Of a DNA stretch of 64,000 nt, positions 50,195-61,800 are shown in pieces (position 1 is the stretch's first letter; each line of letters opens with the position of its first letter). The position numbers and the translations under genes are program-made. Origin of the DNA: Penicillus capitatus (Eukaryota; Plantae; Chlorophyta); contig OZ287695.1 of the NCBI GenBank assembly GCA_965649825.1, forward strand, positions 806,001-870,000. The letters run 5' to 3'. Under the pieces are notes generated by a model. That model ran no database searches. It worked only from the letters and a program-made list of their open reading frames with translations, and was not told the DNA's origin.

Positions 50195-50283
50195 TCACGT
50201 AACGCTGAGGGTGGCGGCGGGGACGTAGACACGACACGGGAGAGAACGAGAGGAAGAACGACACGTCTTACACGTCAGTCACA

Positions 50284-53200
50284 TCATTGCCACAGCGTCA
50301 CCACCGTGCAGCCTTCCTCCACGTCTGCCTCTTTGGCGAAGTGGCGCACCTAAAGAGAAAAACGCCCATCGGTGTGCGTGGAGATAAAAAACGCAACAAC
50401 TCGGTAGCACTGCAGAAGGTAATCCCGGATGGCGGCTATGACGTCATCGGTGCATCCATGGTGTAAGACGTAGAGAACAGCCACATCTGAACGCGTCTCC
50501 ATCGCATGGTCTAGTCGTTCCAGGGCATCCTCCATGCTCTCGAACACCACACGGATGCTGTCGTTGCCGACGGCCGTCCATACCTTACCATGCCTTTGAT
50601 GTCCAAGGTGTTGGCCAATGTCCGTTCCCCGGTCGAAGGTGCTGTGGGCTGTGGTGTCTGCCGAGGCGGCACTTTGGTTGTCGTTGTCTCGCCATCTGCG
50701 TCCTGGGCGTCGATGGACTCGATGTACCAGATGGGCATATCCAGGCGCATGGTGCCGCATTCGACTCGGACAGTTTTTCCCCTTTTCTTCGACAGGACTG
50801 TCCCCAGTCGCCCGCCCAAATGCTTCAACCTTACTGTCTCGCCATACTGAGGGTACCAAGCGGCATCTGTCCCTGGAGTTCGACATCGGCGGCAAGTTCA
50901 GAGAACGAAGCACCTGGAGCGTCCGTTTCTGGATGGGGAATATGATCGAGGAGTTCCTGAAAACAGGACTCCGCTTCTTCAAAGGTCAGCTCGCCGCGCT
51001 TGACCTCTTCCAGAATCCAGTCCACCTCAGCCTCGGCTGCGCTCGGCGGTGCTGTCTGGTATGCCTCCAGCTTACCCTGGTGATGCACAGAAGGTTCAGA
51101 GAAGCTGAATGGAATGCGTCCACTTGGAGCTTCTTCTCTTTTGTCTTCATCTTCTGAAACTCCTTCTCGAGTTGACTCAGCTTCCTTTTGGCTTCCTTTT
51201 GCGTCTTGAGCAGCTCGTCGCGCATCGAAAACGTCTCTTGCAGCTTCTCCTTTAGCGATTCCTCGACATTCGCTTTCTTTTCTGCCTGCAAGATGCCAGT
51301 CTCTAACGTTTGCCTGGCTTCTTGAACGACAGCGGGGTCAAAATTCAAGGCAGCACAGACATCCAGTGCATTGGACTGCCCAGTGCTTTCCCAAATCAGC
51401 CGATACGTTGGCTTCAGTGTCGCGGCATTGAATTCCATGCTTGCATTCATAAACAGAGGGTGCGTATCTGCCAGCTCCTTGATCTCTGCATGGTGCGTCG
51501 TCGCAACAGTCAGTCCTGCGATTTGACTCAGTTCCGTCATTATGGCAGCGGCCAGAGCAGCGCCTTCTGTCGGATCCGTCCCCGTGCCGATCTCATCCAA
51601 AAGGACCAACGAATTGCTGCAGACTCTGTCGAGAATCTATGGCCGTCGATATCGCAACGGCCCGCTGCAGAGAGGGGGACATACGTGTGTCAGGCGGCGG
51701 ACGTGTCCACTGAAGGTGGAGAGACTCTGTTGGAGACTCTGGCTGTCGCCAATGTCCGCGAAGACTTTATCAAACCACTTCATATGGACTTCGATGCTGA
51801 CACGTGTCGGATCTGCCTCAACGGGAACGTAGAGTCCAGACTTGGCCATCAGGACGCAGAGTCCCAGGGTCTTCATCGTTCCTGTTTTACCGCCAGTATT
51901 GGGACCTGCCAATAACGCAACGTGTCCGGTGCATGGCTCTGGCACCGGATGGCGAGGAACCTGTCAAGGCAACGACCGCCTTTGAACGGGGAATCATGAG
52001 TTCTAGCGGCTGCGGGCGGGGATGCTGGACAGCCGTGGGTGTTTTGGCGGCTCTCTCTTTTGCCTGACCGAGCGGCAGCACAACGGTCTCGATGCGCGGT
52101 TGGAAATCGTTTGCGAATGGCCTGTCCCCTTTCTACGCCATCCGAAGGCATGAAAGTCGGAAGCTGCGGGGATCTCACCGATGGCGGTTTGGGAAGAGGT
52201 TCCAGTGCGCGTTCCAATAGCAATGGATGCACAGCGCCAGGAATGCACACCTGCCAATCTTCGGATCCCGCATCTGCCGCCGTCCAGAAACGTGGGCGAA
52301 CACCTCCAATCCACCGTGCATACTTGGCGCGTGCATACACAATGTCCAACACCTTCACGGTTTCCATCACCTCCTTCACAGCATCGAGCTCGTCCAAAAT
52401 CTGCACCATCCGCCATCGTTAACGGCTTCCCTGGCAACGCGGCACACACATGCTTCGACAGGCGAACCAGAACACGCCGTTCATGATGCCGGATTTGACT
52501 GTGCAGCAAAGCATCGCGGTTGTTGAGCTGGACGATCGGTTCCGGTTCCATGTAGACGGTCATCCCACTTGAGCTCTGAGCCAGACGAATGCTTCCCCTG
52601 ACAGCAGCGACGCATGGCTGTAGGGAGCTGCGTTGACCAGAAGGATGCATCACTTGGGCAGCTGTCCCTGACGACCGTTCTTGATTGGAAGACACCGACG
52701 GCCTCGACGAAAGACCACGATGGGCCGCTCACAGACGCCTTCCTTGAACAGTCTCTGCGCCCATGCCTCTGTCTCTCTCTGCAGTTCCTCTGCATTCTTA
52801 TGTCTCTCCATTCGGCGCTGTGCCAAGTCAGTGCTTGCTGCATCGAGTATGCTCCCATCCATCGCCTACAGCATTCGTTATCTTTCAGTCGTTCCAAGAT
52901 ACGGTTTCGACTCGAATGCTGTGTTCCAGTGTGTCCACGAGCTTTGATGTGACAGCTGTCAGGGACCGTGCCATCTCATACAACAAAGAAGCTTGTGCGG
53001 CATTCTCTTCAAGTCGCGTCTGCATTCGAATGGCATTGCGCAGCGTGATGCCAATGATGCTCAGCTGCAACGGCGAAAACACAAAGTGTGTATTCTCGGT
53101 CAACATAGCGAGTCCGGGTGTGATATCATAGACACCGTCGAAACTGCACACGTCAATGTAACGATGGATGAATTCTGAGTGTCGCGCGTACGAGAGATCC

Positions 53201-53668
53201 ACCGATAGCGCCTGTGATGTCTGTTCAAGGAGCAATTCCGATTCCTGTCGACATGATGGAAGGTGCAGTCCGTGTGCTGCCAGTGCTTCCGCACCCATCG
53301 GTGTCGATGCAAAGCAAGAAACCTAATCGACACGACTCCACGAGGGATGCGATTCGCTGGATGCCAGATGCCTGACGACAGATTTCATTCCATTCCAGAA
53401 CTCGCCGAGACGCCTCTTCTGTCGTCTCTTGTTGCCGTTGCGTCTCTTCTGCGACTCTTGTCGAGGAGGAATGCACGCCGATGCCGTTATTCCTCTGCGA
53501 AGCGGCGTGACAGACGGGCGTTGTGTTCGTTCGTTCAGATCGCCGTCGTTCGCGAGGTGGACGCAACACCTGACGACGTTGGCGACAAGATGCGGCGGCG
53601 CACGATGCCTTGAACGGAGCAGACACGCGATGGCCGACCCTACCCGAGACGAAGGCGGAAGGCGCCAT
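50284..53668 (-). CDS. mutS2: Plastid-type MutS2 (MutS ATPase, coiled coil, KOW and Smr domains), multi-exon
   Basis: Transit-like N-terminus; LEW..IC.Q|VS.FASTPMG; VYMEP; HPLL; Walker A ALTG|PNTGGKT; ADIGDSQSLQQSLSTFSGH; LLDEIGTGTDPTEG; ATTH; KPTYRL; C-terminal Smr-like LDIKGM..LYVLHHG..GCTVVTL. Confidence 0.95.
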
Positions 53669-54229
53669 GATGCTTGGGACGCGTATGACAAGACAGGTCT
53701 GCATCGAGCACGCGTCCCGAACCAAGACACAGGCAACCGACCCCCCTACGTCTGCGCAGAGGAGGGGAAGACGGCGAAACTAAGCAGTCTGGTGTTCCCT
53801 ATCGTTGTCTACGGACCACTGAGGCGGTGTAGGAGATGCTTTCGCATTTGTGTCGGACGACGTCCGTTCTTACCGACCATTTCCCCTTCCATCGCTCAGG
53901 GGCTGTAGAGAACGCCAACACAGCTATTGATGACGCACAAAGGTTCTCGCTGTCACCACCTGTCTGCCAACCCGCGATGGACGTGGCAGAAATGAAATCT
54001 GATGGGAGATGAACACAGGTGGCGTACGTCGTACGCCCTCACAACACGTCTGGCCATACAATAAGCGCAAGCTGGCAAAAAAACAACGTGTCCACCGTCC
54101 AACTGTTGCCGGACGCGGCTCGACGACGTTTTCCAACCGGACCGTTTTCTGTCTGTGTGACACAGACGACGCTGGCGGACAGACGTCGCAGTCGTCTTTG
54201 TCTTAGTGGAGCGTCAGATACTCCCCATC

Positions 54230-54790
54230 TCACCGGCGACTGAACCTACCGTTCCTGCAGACTGAAGAGAAAAGGCACGACGGCAGTGTTTGACACAAAT
54301 ATTGGCGGCACGTCTTGTTGCCTAGGTCAGACTTGACGAAAGAACTGTGAACGAAGGTGCGAAGTGCTGTCGCCAGGTCGGCAGCGCAGACAATTGCCGT
54401 CGGAAACACCTTCGACGAAGATTCCTGGAGTCCAGGCACAGCAGAATTGCTGTGCGATCGGTTTATGCTGACGCGCGTTTTTCTTTTCCTGGGTCTCGCG
54501 AACCTACCGTGCATCTTCTATGTTGCTTAAGTCCTTCTGCCGAAGGCACATCTGAACGTGTCACGCTGTGGTGCTGCTGCATCTCGACCATGAATTTGTC
54601 ATCGTACGTCATCTCTTGTAATGACAGCATTCTGTCGCGTTCTGCAGCATGATTTTCCAGCATACATATTTAAGGATGACGCATCCTTACCACAACAAGT
54701 CGAACGTCTTTGCAGGATTTGTGCAAATCTGTTCTGTGGACGGTTATTCTGAGGGTCCGAGTCATATAAAAGCGCTGTTCTCTTGAACAC
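54230..54790 (-). CDS. Possible small multi-exon hypothetical gene
   Basis: A GTAAGG..TGCAG intron joins ORF 54599-54790 to 54463-54663 in frame. Start and last exon are unresolved. Confidence 0.25.
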
Positions 54791-54935
54791 CTTCCATCGA
54801 CGTGCTCAAAGCCCGACCGGTCGGACAACAACATCAGCCCAAGAACTCGTTCTACTTTGACAACGTATGCTCTGCAATGTGTCGTGTGGTGTATACTGAT
54901 GCAGTGTGCATCATTCGCAGAAGGATAGTAATCTC

Positions 54936-56149
54936 ATGAATTATCGAAGAAGCATTGCTACATCAGGTGCATCGCGTCGCTCAGGTCCAGCGAGCGATGC
55001 ACTGGGTAACAATGAAGGGCTTCTGCGGTACTGTCTACCCTTCTTCGTAAATCCTGGGTGCGCTGCCTTGAACGTTACCGCGGAGCGAAATGCGGCGACC
55101 GGCGAATTCGAGTTACTGAACGACCGAAATGCTTCCTACGAACCAGCCGACGGGCTTGACTCTTCGTATGAGGCGAGTCTTGAAGACGACGGTTCTCTTG
55201 GAGCTGAATGGTCGGCAGTGAACGAATTCACGTCCCCAAAGCTCAACAACGCGGATTCGAATGTTGACGAAGGCGGTTATGGATTCGGCCAGCAAGGACT
55301 CGCACAAGAGCTCCCTTTCCAGTCAATGCTGAGTGATGAACCAGACTTTGCTGCAATGCCAGACGCAGCAGAACACCAGCCTTTCAGATCCTTTGACCAA
55401 TCCTTTGACCCAGAACAGATGGCGAACCTCGCAGCACTACTCTCTGTCGACGAGTCGCAGCACTGCGCAGCAATGCAAGGTGCAGGTCATACGAGACCAC
55501 GGAGGTCGAACAGGAGCAGTGCTGTGAGCGTGGGACGCCTTGCTGCACGACGCCAAAGGAACCGGGGTAATTGCAGACGCCGTCTATCACCTCGGTTATC
55601 CAACGTAACATCACATCTCATGTCATTTCGCCACGTCGCTCATGTTCTCTTGTAGCGGAGGTCGGCGGGAGGCGTGACTGGGGTGACGATGCGCCTGCGC
55701 ACCGTCGCTCGAAAATTGCTAGCCGGGTCGGGCTGGATAATGGACAGTAGTATCAACAAAGAAATGGCAAAGAGGCTTATCTGCGAGCTCGTCGGTGACT
55801 TACTTCCCAGACTAGCATATGAATTCCCCGTCTTGCGTGACGTAACGCTCTCGGTGGGGCATGAGCGAGAAGGCAGTATTGAAGAGATACTGCCAGGTAA
55901 TATCCATCCTGTCCTGACGTCGTCGTTCTGACTTCTTCTCTGTGCTTAGCTGTCATCGCTGCGTACACAGGCAAGAACGTTACGCTGCAAGACGTGGATA
56001 ACTTCATTCACAGGGACAAAGGTCCCTACCATATGACAAGCGCTTTTCTTTCACTTCTTGATCAGAGACCGTGGCCCCCTCGTTTGCCATGCGCCGCCGA
56101 ACTTGGCTATTATGGATGCTATCTGGAAGGGGGTAGGAGAAACAGTTAG
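54936..56149 (+). CDS. Hypothetical protein P2, paralog of P1 (3 exons)
   Basis: Acidic low-complexity N-terminus and Arg-rich linker. A phase-0 intron precedes the conserved domain and a phase-1 intron follows ILP, as in P1. The last exon reads ...DNFIHRDKGPYHMTSAFLSLLDQRPWPP...YYGCYLEGGRRNS to TAG 56147-56149. Confidence 0.8.
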
Positions 56150-57046
56150 TCAAGAGATGAAACCGTTTACGCATAGAAAGCGATTCTTCATCATGTGTGA
56201 TGGTCTTTTGTCTGGAGTCTCTATGTCTTCCTAGGATGACCATATGCAGACGTGAGCAGTGGGTTATAGTCTATAGATGATTCTGTCTTGCTTGTCTGAA
56301 CAAATGGGGAGTGTGAAAGCTTTTCTCTTTCTCTACGTATAGCATCGTTTCTCTGTTACCTATGTCGATAGAGTCCGTCTCTCGAATCAAGCGAGACATT
56401 CTTTTGAATTCTTGTTGCCATCATGCATATCGAGGTAGATACAGAAACCGGTTGTGAAACCAGTTATTTATCGATTGGTATACAACAAATCTCAGCTCAA
56501 GGCTTGCGTCGCAGGACGTCAGATTTTCTTTTATACTCTCCTAACCCGTCTCCTAGGATGTGAGTCATCCATAGATGTATGCTGTGCCAGATTGCTTAGG
56601 TCCATAGTCAGCCAAAGTGGGTCGGTTGCCTTTCTTCTTGTGATGTGTCAGTAGGATACGATAGCGTGGTTGATGAACTGCACAAGGCATCTCAGGCGAT
56701 TTTGCTGACGCGAACGCTTGCCACGATACGTCTCCTTTACATTCATTTCTTTTTTCGCTGAACTGTCTTGTCTGTATCCCTATTTCGTGTGCTTCCCCCT
56801 GTTTTGTCTCCGTTTCTCTCCTAACAGCAGATACTTAGATGATATATGACCTCTAGTAGCATCTCTTTGTAGTCTTTCGAATAAAGCAATTAAAAAAATT
56901 AAAAAAATGATAAAATTCTTAGACGATATGTACGGCATATGGAAGAATGCCAGTTGGTATGGTTAGACAATGCAATTTAAAAAATCGAAAGATCCATCAA
57001 AGCTGTCTCTTCCCACGAACGCATCTTCGTTATACGACAAAAGCGA

Positions 57047-57502
57047 ATGGGGTGTCTGCCTTCGAAATCGCAAACGCGTGTGGGTCGAAGCAAACGGCGA
57101 CAGAAACCGCGTATCGCTATCAAAGAATGGTCCTCCAACAGTCCCATCACCAAACAGCAGCTCGAAGCACAGAGGGAAGAATTCTGGGACACACAGCCAT
57201 ACTACGGAGGAAACAAAGGCATCTCACGCCACTCACTCACCGCCAACCATGTCTATGTTCAACATCGTAGTGGTATGGGAGACGCTCAAGGCAGTGGTCG
57301 AAGCAGACATGGATATGAAACCGGTCATCATTGATTCTGCTGGACTGATCATCGGTTCCAGCGATTTAACGGTCTTCTATGACGAGAAAGGTAAACAGCT
57401 AGATGTCCTCACGGTGCTCAGATGTGGGAGGATGATGGTGCAGGGTGGAAGTATGACCTGCCCAGATATGTCATTAGCGACCCGACAAACCTCAGCCAAT
57501 AA
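57047..57502 (+). CDS. UBTD1/2-like (DC-UbP) ubiquitin-binding-domain protein with an N-terminal MGC lipidation motif (3 exons)
   Basis: MGCLPSK; W.S..PIT..QL..QREEFWDTQPYYGGNK|VVWETLKA; IIDSAG; FYDEK|GWKYDLPRYVISDPTNL. Intron 1 (57219-57270) is GC-AG. Confidence 0.88.
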
Positions 57503-57662
57503 TAATAGCCCGTGGTCATAAGACTGTGTACGGTTCTGTAAAACACATACTGACCATTGCAAAGCACCTATCGTCGGCCACTCGATGGAGTTGAGAGGGG
57601 GAGCGTACAAACGATGTCATCAATAAAGGAGAGTCCGTCGCCGTTTGAGGCACACATGTGGG

Positions 57663-58390
57663 TTATAGATCATAGTTTTGTTTAAAAGCGTCCTTAGCTT
57701 CTGGAGAAAACCCAGCTAGCATTGATTTCATCAGGGCTTCGTTTAGGGGATTCATATTGGACTGTTCTTCAAAGACTATCGTCCACGCTTCGTTCTCATC
57801 GGAACCGATCTGTAAACGAGCGCCTGAAGGGGCGAGGTAGGCAACGCCCGATCTCAGTGGGTTGTTGTTCATCTCTGTGTATGTTTCGGATGCGATGTCG
57901 TCAGGGTTGCCGCCTAAAGCGGTGACGCGGACTTGAGCATTCTTGACATCGATGCGGATATGCTCGTCCAGTACTAGATAACAGAAACACCGATCGAAAG
58001 CTCTTTATTCAGAAGAGTGAGATCCTAACCGTTGGTCCCTTGGACGATGAGGTCGGCATTGGATGAGGTCCCAATCAGGAACGGACTCTGTGTCATGCTT
58101 TGTGTGGATGAGAGGCTGTGTGTGTTTGGGGATACCTTCGCAATTTGTGTTTTCTGACCCGATGGGGACAGCAGATGAACGTCTTTAGATACAGCGTCCT
58201 GACCGGATGGCGTCGCTTGTAGGTAAGTCGGCTGTTGCGTCGTGCGTAGAGAGTCGCTACGGCTTGGCAAGAGAGAAGAAGGCAGATGGTGAGAGCGGAC
58301 AGAGGCTCGATGCGGAGAGAGATGTCCCCGTCGCGGCAGCGACGGCACAGGAAGACATAGGCGTGTATGAATGCAAGCTGTCATTTCCAT
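57663..58390 (-). CDS. Probable plastid-targeted FHA-like domain protein (3 exons)
   Basis: Ser/Arg/Pro-rich N-terminus. The spliced segment SPFLIGTSSNADLIVQGTN|VLDEHIRIDVKNAQVRVTALG...NNNPLRSGVAYLAPSGARLQIG fits the FHA beta-strand pattern. Confidence 0.7.
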
Positions 58391-58840
58391 GTTCTGCTTC
58401 TTCGGAACGAGTGAAATGACTTCTGCATTCTCATGATGGGATGTTCATAGGAGAACTAGGCGGTTGATATTGCGACAGAAACGAAAGAAAGTGCCTCCAG
58501 CGGATAGAGCAAACATCGGGTAGTGGATATTCTTACCTAGGCTCCTAACGTGGTAAGTGCGAATGCGCTATCACAAGTTTGTTTCGCGCTAGTTGTGGCG
58601 ACAGCGAGTCGAAAACACAAGGCGTTCGTGATTAATCAACGTTCTGAATTGGACGCAACAGTCTTAGTGACGTCTCTAGTTCTTTTTGGCGTGTAAAAAA
58701 CCAGTCGCCTGGTTTTCCATTCGATGCAAATGACAAACAAGAATTCGTCAGATCATCGAAGAATCGTGAAAAAAAAAACTACTCAAAGTTAGGCGTTTTT
58801 ATAGATGGAATGTGTAGCGGTGGGGTCTTGTTGGTATTCC

Positions 58841-61800
58841 TCATGGACGCAGGAGTTTCTCCAGATAGGTTTTAGTCGAGTGCGGACATTCAAAAAAAGT
58901 TTCAGTGCAAATAACATCGAAAGGCGTTTCTCCGTTATCGTTGGTTGCCGTCTTCGAGGCTCCGGCATCTACCAGAACCTGAAAATACGCTATTAAACTA
59001 TAAGATGCTATATCTGACTCGCCTCTGCTGCTTCGTCCTCTCCGTCTTTTGCTGCATTATGAAGCGGAGTGTCTCCGTCCGTATCTTCCCTATCGAGAGA
59101 GGCATCTTCTTCAACTAACAACTGCAGCAGGCCAAGTGAAATAAAAAACCGTACCAAATGTGGGCGATCCACCTTCACAACCTCAGGATTCCCTCCTACC
59201 GCGGCGAGATGAAGTGGCGTCTGTCCTAGGTGTGTCTCGTCGCTAACCTTCGCTCCGTTGTCGAGGAGGATCTGGCAGTCGACAGTTTTTGTCAACGAGC
59301 TAAGAACGTAGATGCGCAACTGACCTCGACCATCTCGGTGTCTGCGTAACGTGCTGCCAAATGCAGAGGAGTCCATCCATCGTCCTTGGCCTGGCTAGCG
59401 TCCGCTCCGTACTCGAGGAGGACCTGGCACTCGACAGTTTTGTCAATGAGCCAACGACGTCGATGCGCGACTGACCTCGACTATCTCGGTGTCTGCGTAA
59501 CGGACTGCCAAATGCAGAGGAGTCCATTCTTCGTGACAGACCTGGTTGACGTCAGCTCCGTACTCGAGGAGGACCTGACAGTCGACAGTTTTGTCGATGA
59601 GCTAACGACGTAGATGCGCGACTGACCTCGACTATCTCGGTGTCTGCGTTATAACGTGTTGCCAAATGCAGAGGGGTCCATCCATCGTCATCATGGTTGG
59701 CGTCAGCTCCGTTCTCGAGGAGGACCTGGCAGTCGACAGTTTCTGTCAATGATGTATCGACGTAGTACGTCACCGACCTCGACCACTTCAGCATCTGCGT
59801 AACGTGCTGCTATATGCAGAGTACTCCATCCATCGTCCTTGGCCTGGCTAGCGTCCGCTCCGTACTCGAGGAGGACCTGGCACTCGACAGTTTTGTCAAT
59901 GAGCCAACGACGTAGATGCTCAACTGACCTCGACCATCTCGGCGTCTGCGTAACGGACTGCCACATCCAGAGGAGTCCATTGACTTTCAGTGGCCGCGTC
60001 GATATTAGCTCCTTCTCCCAGAAGCATCTGCACATAACACAATAATTAGCGAACAGACGCCAAAAAGTATACTACCTTCACGATATTGGGATATCCGTAC
60101 TCGGAAGCCACATGCAAAGCTGTCCGTCCGGTTTTAGAAACGGCCTCGATATCTGCTTTGTAATCGAGAAGAATCTGTGAATCACATAAGATGCAGGAGA
60201 TTAAAATGTGCTATTAGATGCAGACTTCAAATATCTCAGAGTGTCCGTAGCGTGCTGCGTAATGCAATGGAGTCCATCCATCGACGTCAGTGGCGTTCAC
60301 TGCAGCGTCTTCCTCAAGAAGAATCTGTGAATGGACATTTGAGCGGATGATTTGGATCATATTGAAATTACCTTTGTCACTCTTGCGTGTCCGAATTCTG
60401 CTGCCACATGCAAAGGGGTCACTTTATAAGTACCGTTGTCTTTGTTGTCCACGCCTGCTTCGTACGACAGAAGAACCTTCATTTACGCAAAGCACTCGTG
60501 CTTGATTGAAAAATGAGTTGTCCTCTATCTGTTATCCAGAGTCGATGCTGAATGCTTTACCTTAGTGCATTCTGACGCATTGTAATACGCCGACCAGTGC
60601 AACAGAGTAAATGGTTCCCCTGGCGGATAACCTGACATTTGAGATGCATTGTAGAAAGAATCTGGATACACTCCAATCAAAAGTGCGGCCTCCAAAGTCA
60701 GGACAGTGTCATTTCTTATAGCGTCAATTGCTTCCTATGAGACCATTTGCATATGTACAATGAGATTTGATTCATCATCGATGTTACATTCAGCAGTTCT
60801 GTATCGGAGAATTCCTTCAGCCGTTCGCACTCTTCATCAAGTTCCTGTTGTTCCAACTTCTCTTTCAGTTTACCATCTGCAGGTTCATCTACCTTTGGAA
60901 ATGGTGGAACACTTGGCGAAGGTTCTTCTGATGGTTCTGGCACCTGCACAAAGCGATCAGGACAGAAGAAGAGATTTGGAGAACAGTTTACTTCTGGACC
61001 TTCACCAATTGTTTCCTGAATCCAATCCCAGAATGCGCCAATGCTGGTGTAAATACTTGGTGCAGGGTCATGGCAATCATCAAACCCCATAGAGGTTATG
61101 CCGACAATCATATCAAGTTCTGGATCCCCAGCCTTTATCTTCTTCGAGTTATGGGGGATCAATAGTGGACCACCAGAATCACCTTCCACACGGAAGACTA
61201 ATCAGAAAGCGGTACTCTCGTATTCCAAACCTTTGCATGTGTTAGACTCCTCCAATCCAACACAAATCGAGTGATTCTTGACCGAGTTTTCGAGGAACTC
61301 TATGCAGTCGTGTTCATTCACATACTGTAGCTTGCTCGTCATCTGTAAAATATTTGGACGATTTCCACTTCCATCGTCTCCCCAACCCAGAGCGGTGAAC
61401 AATGTGCCCTCTGGAAATTCTCCTTCCTGTTGGCTAAACAATGGCTCTATGAGATTCGCTTCTTTGTTCAGTTTGACGACGGCGATGTCGTAACCATCGT
61501 TCACGTCACCGTTCCAAGACTCGGGCCAGTGGCTTTGTACTCCGCTGAGTACCTAGCAACATCCATTTCGGGAACAAAGTGAATAAACGTGAACAGTTCA
61601 CTTCGCCGCTGTCGTTTGCGTCAAGAGTGTGAATACCACAGCGGATAAGCGGATGTCTGCCGAGACTTTGCGAAGAGGCTGAGTCGACGCAGTGCGCTGC
61701 AGTGATGACCCACTGCTGTCGAAAAAGCACTCCGCCGCAGCGGTGGAGTCCATCTTCTCGTGCCGAGAGACTACACATATAAGGGAACCGTCCCCTAGGC

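Noticed and set aside
52060-52130. Apparent GC donor (CAG|GCCATT) in MutS2
   Set aside because: An in-phase canonical GTAGAA donor just upstream explains the junction.
59272-60027. Regularly spaced repeats superficially like a CRISPR array
   Set aside because: The units are spliceosomal intron + ankyrin exon, the variable parts are homologous coding sequence, and there are no cas genes in this eukaryotic context.
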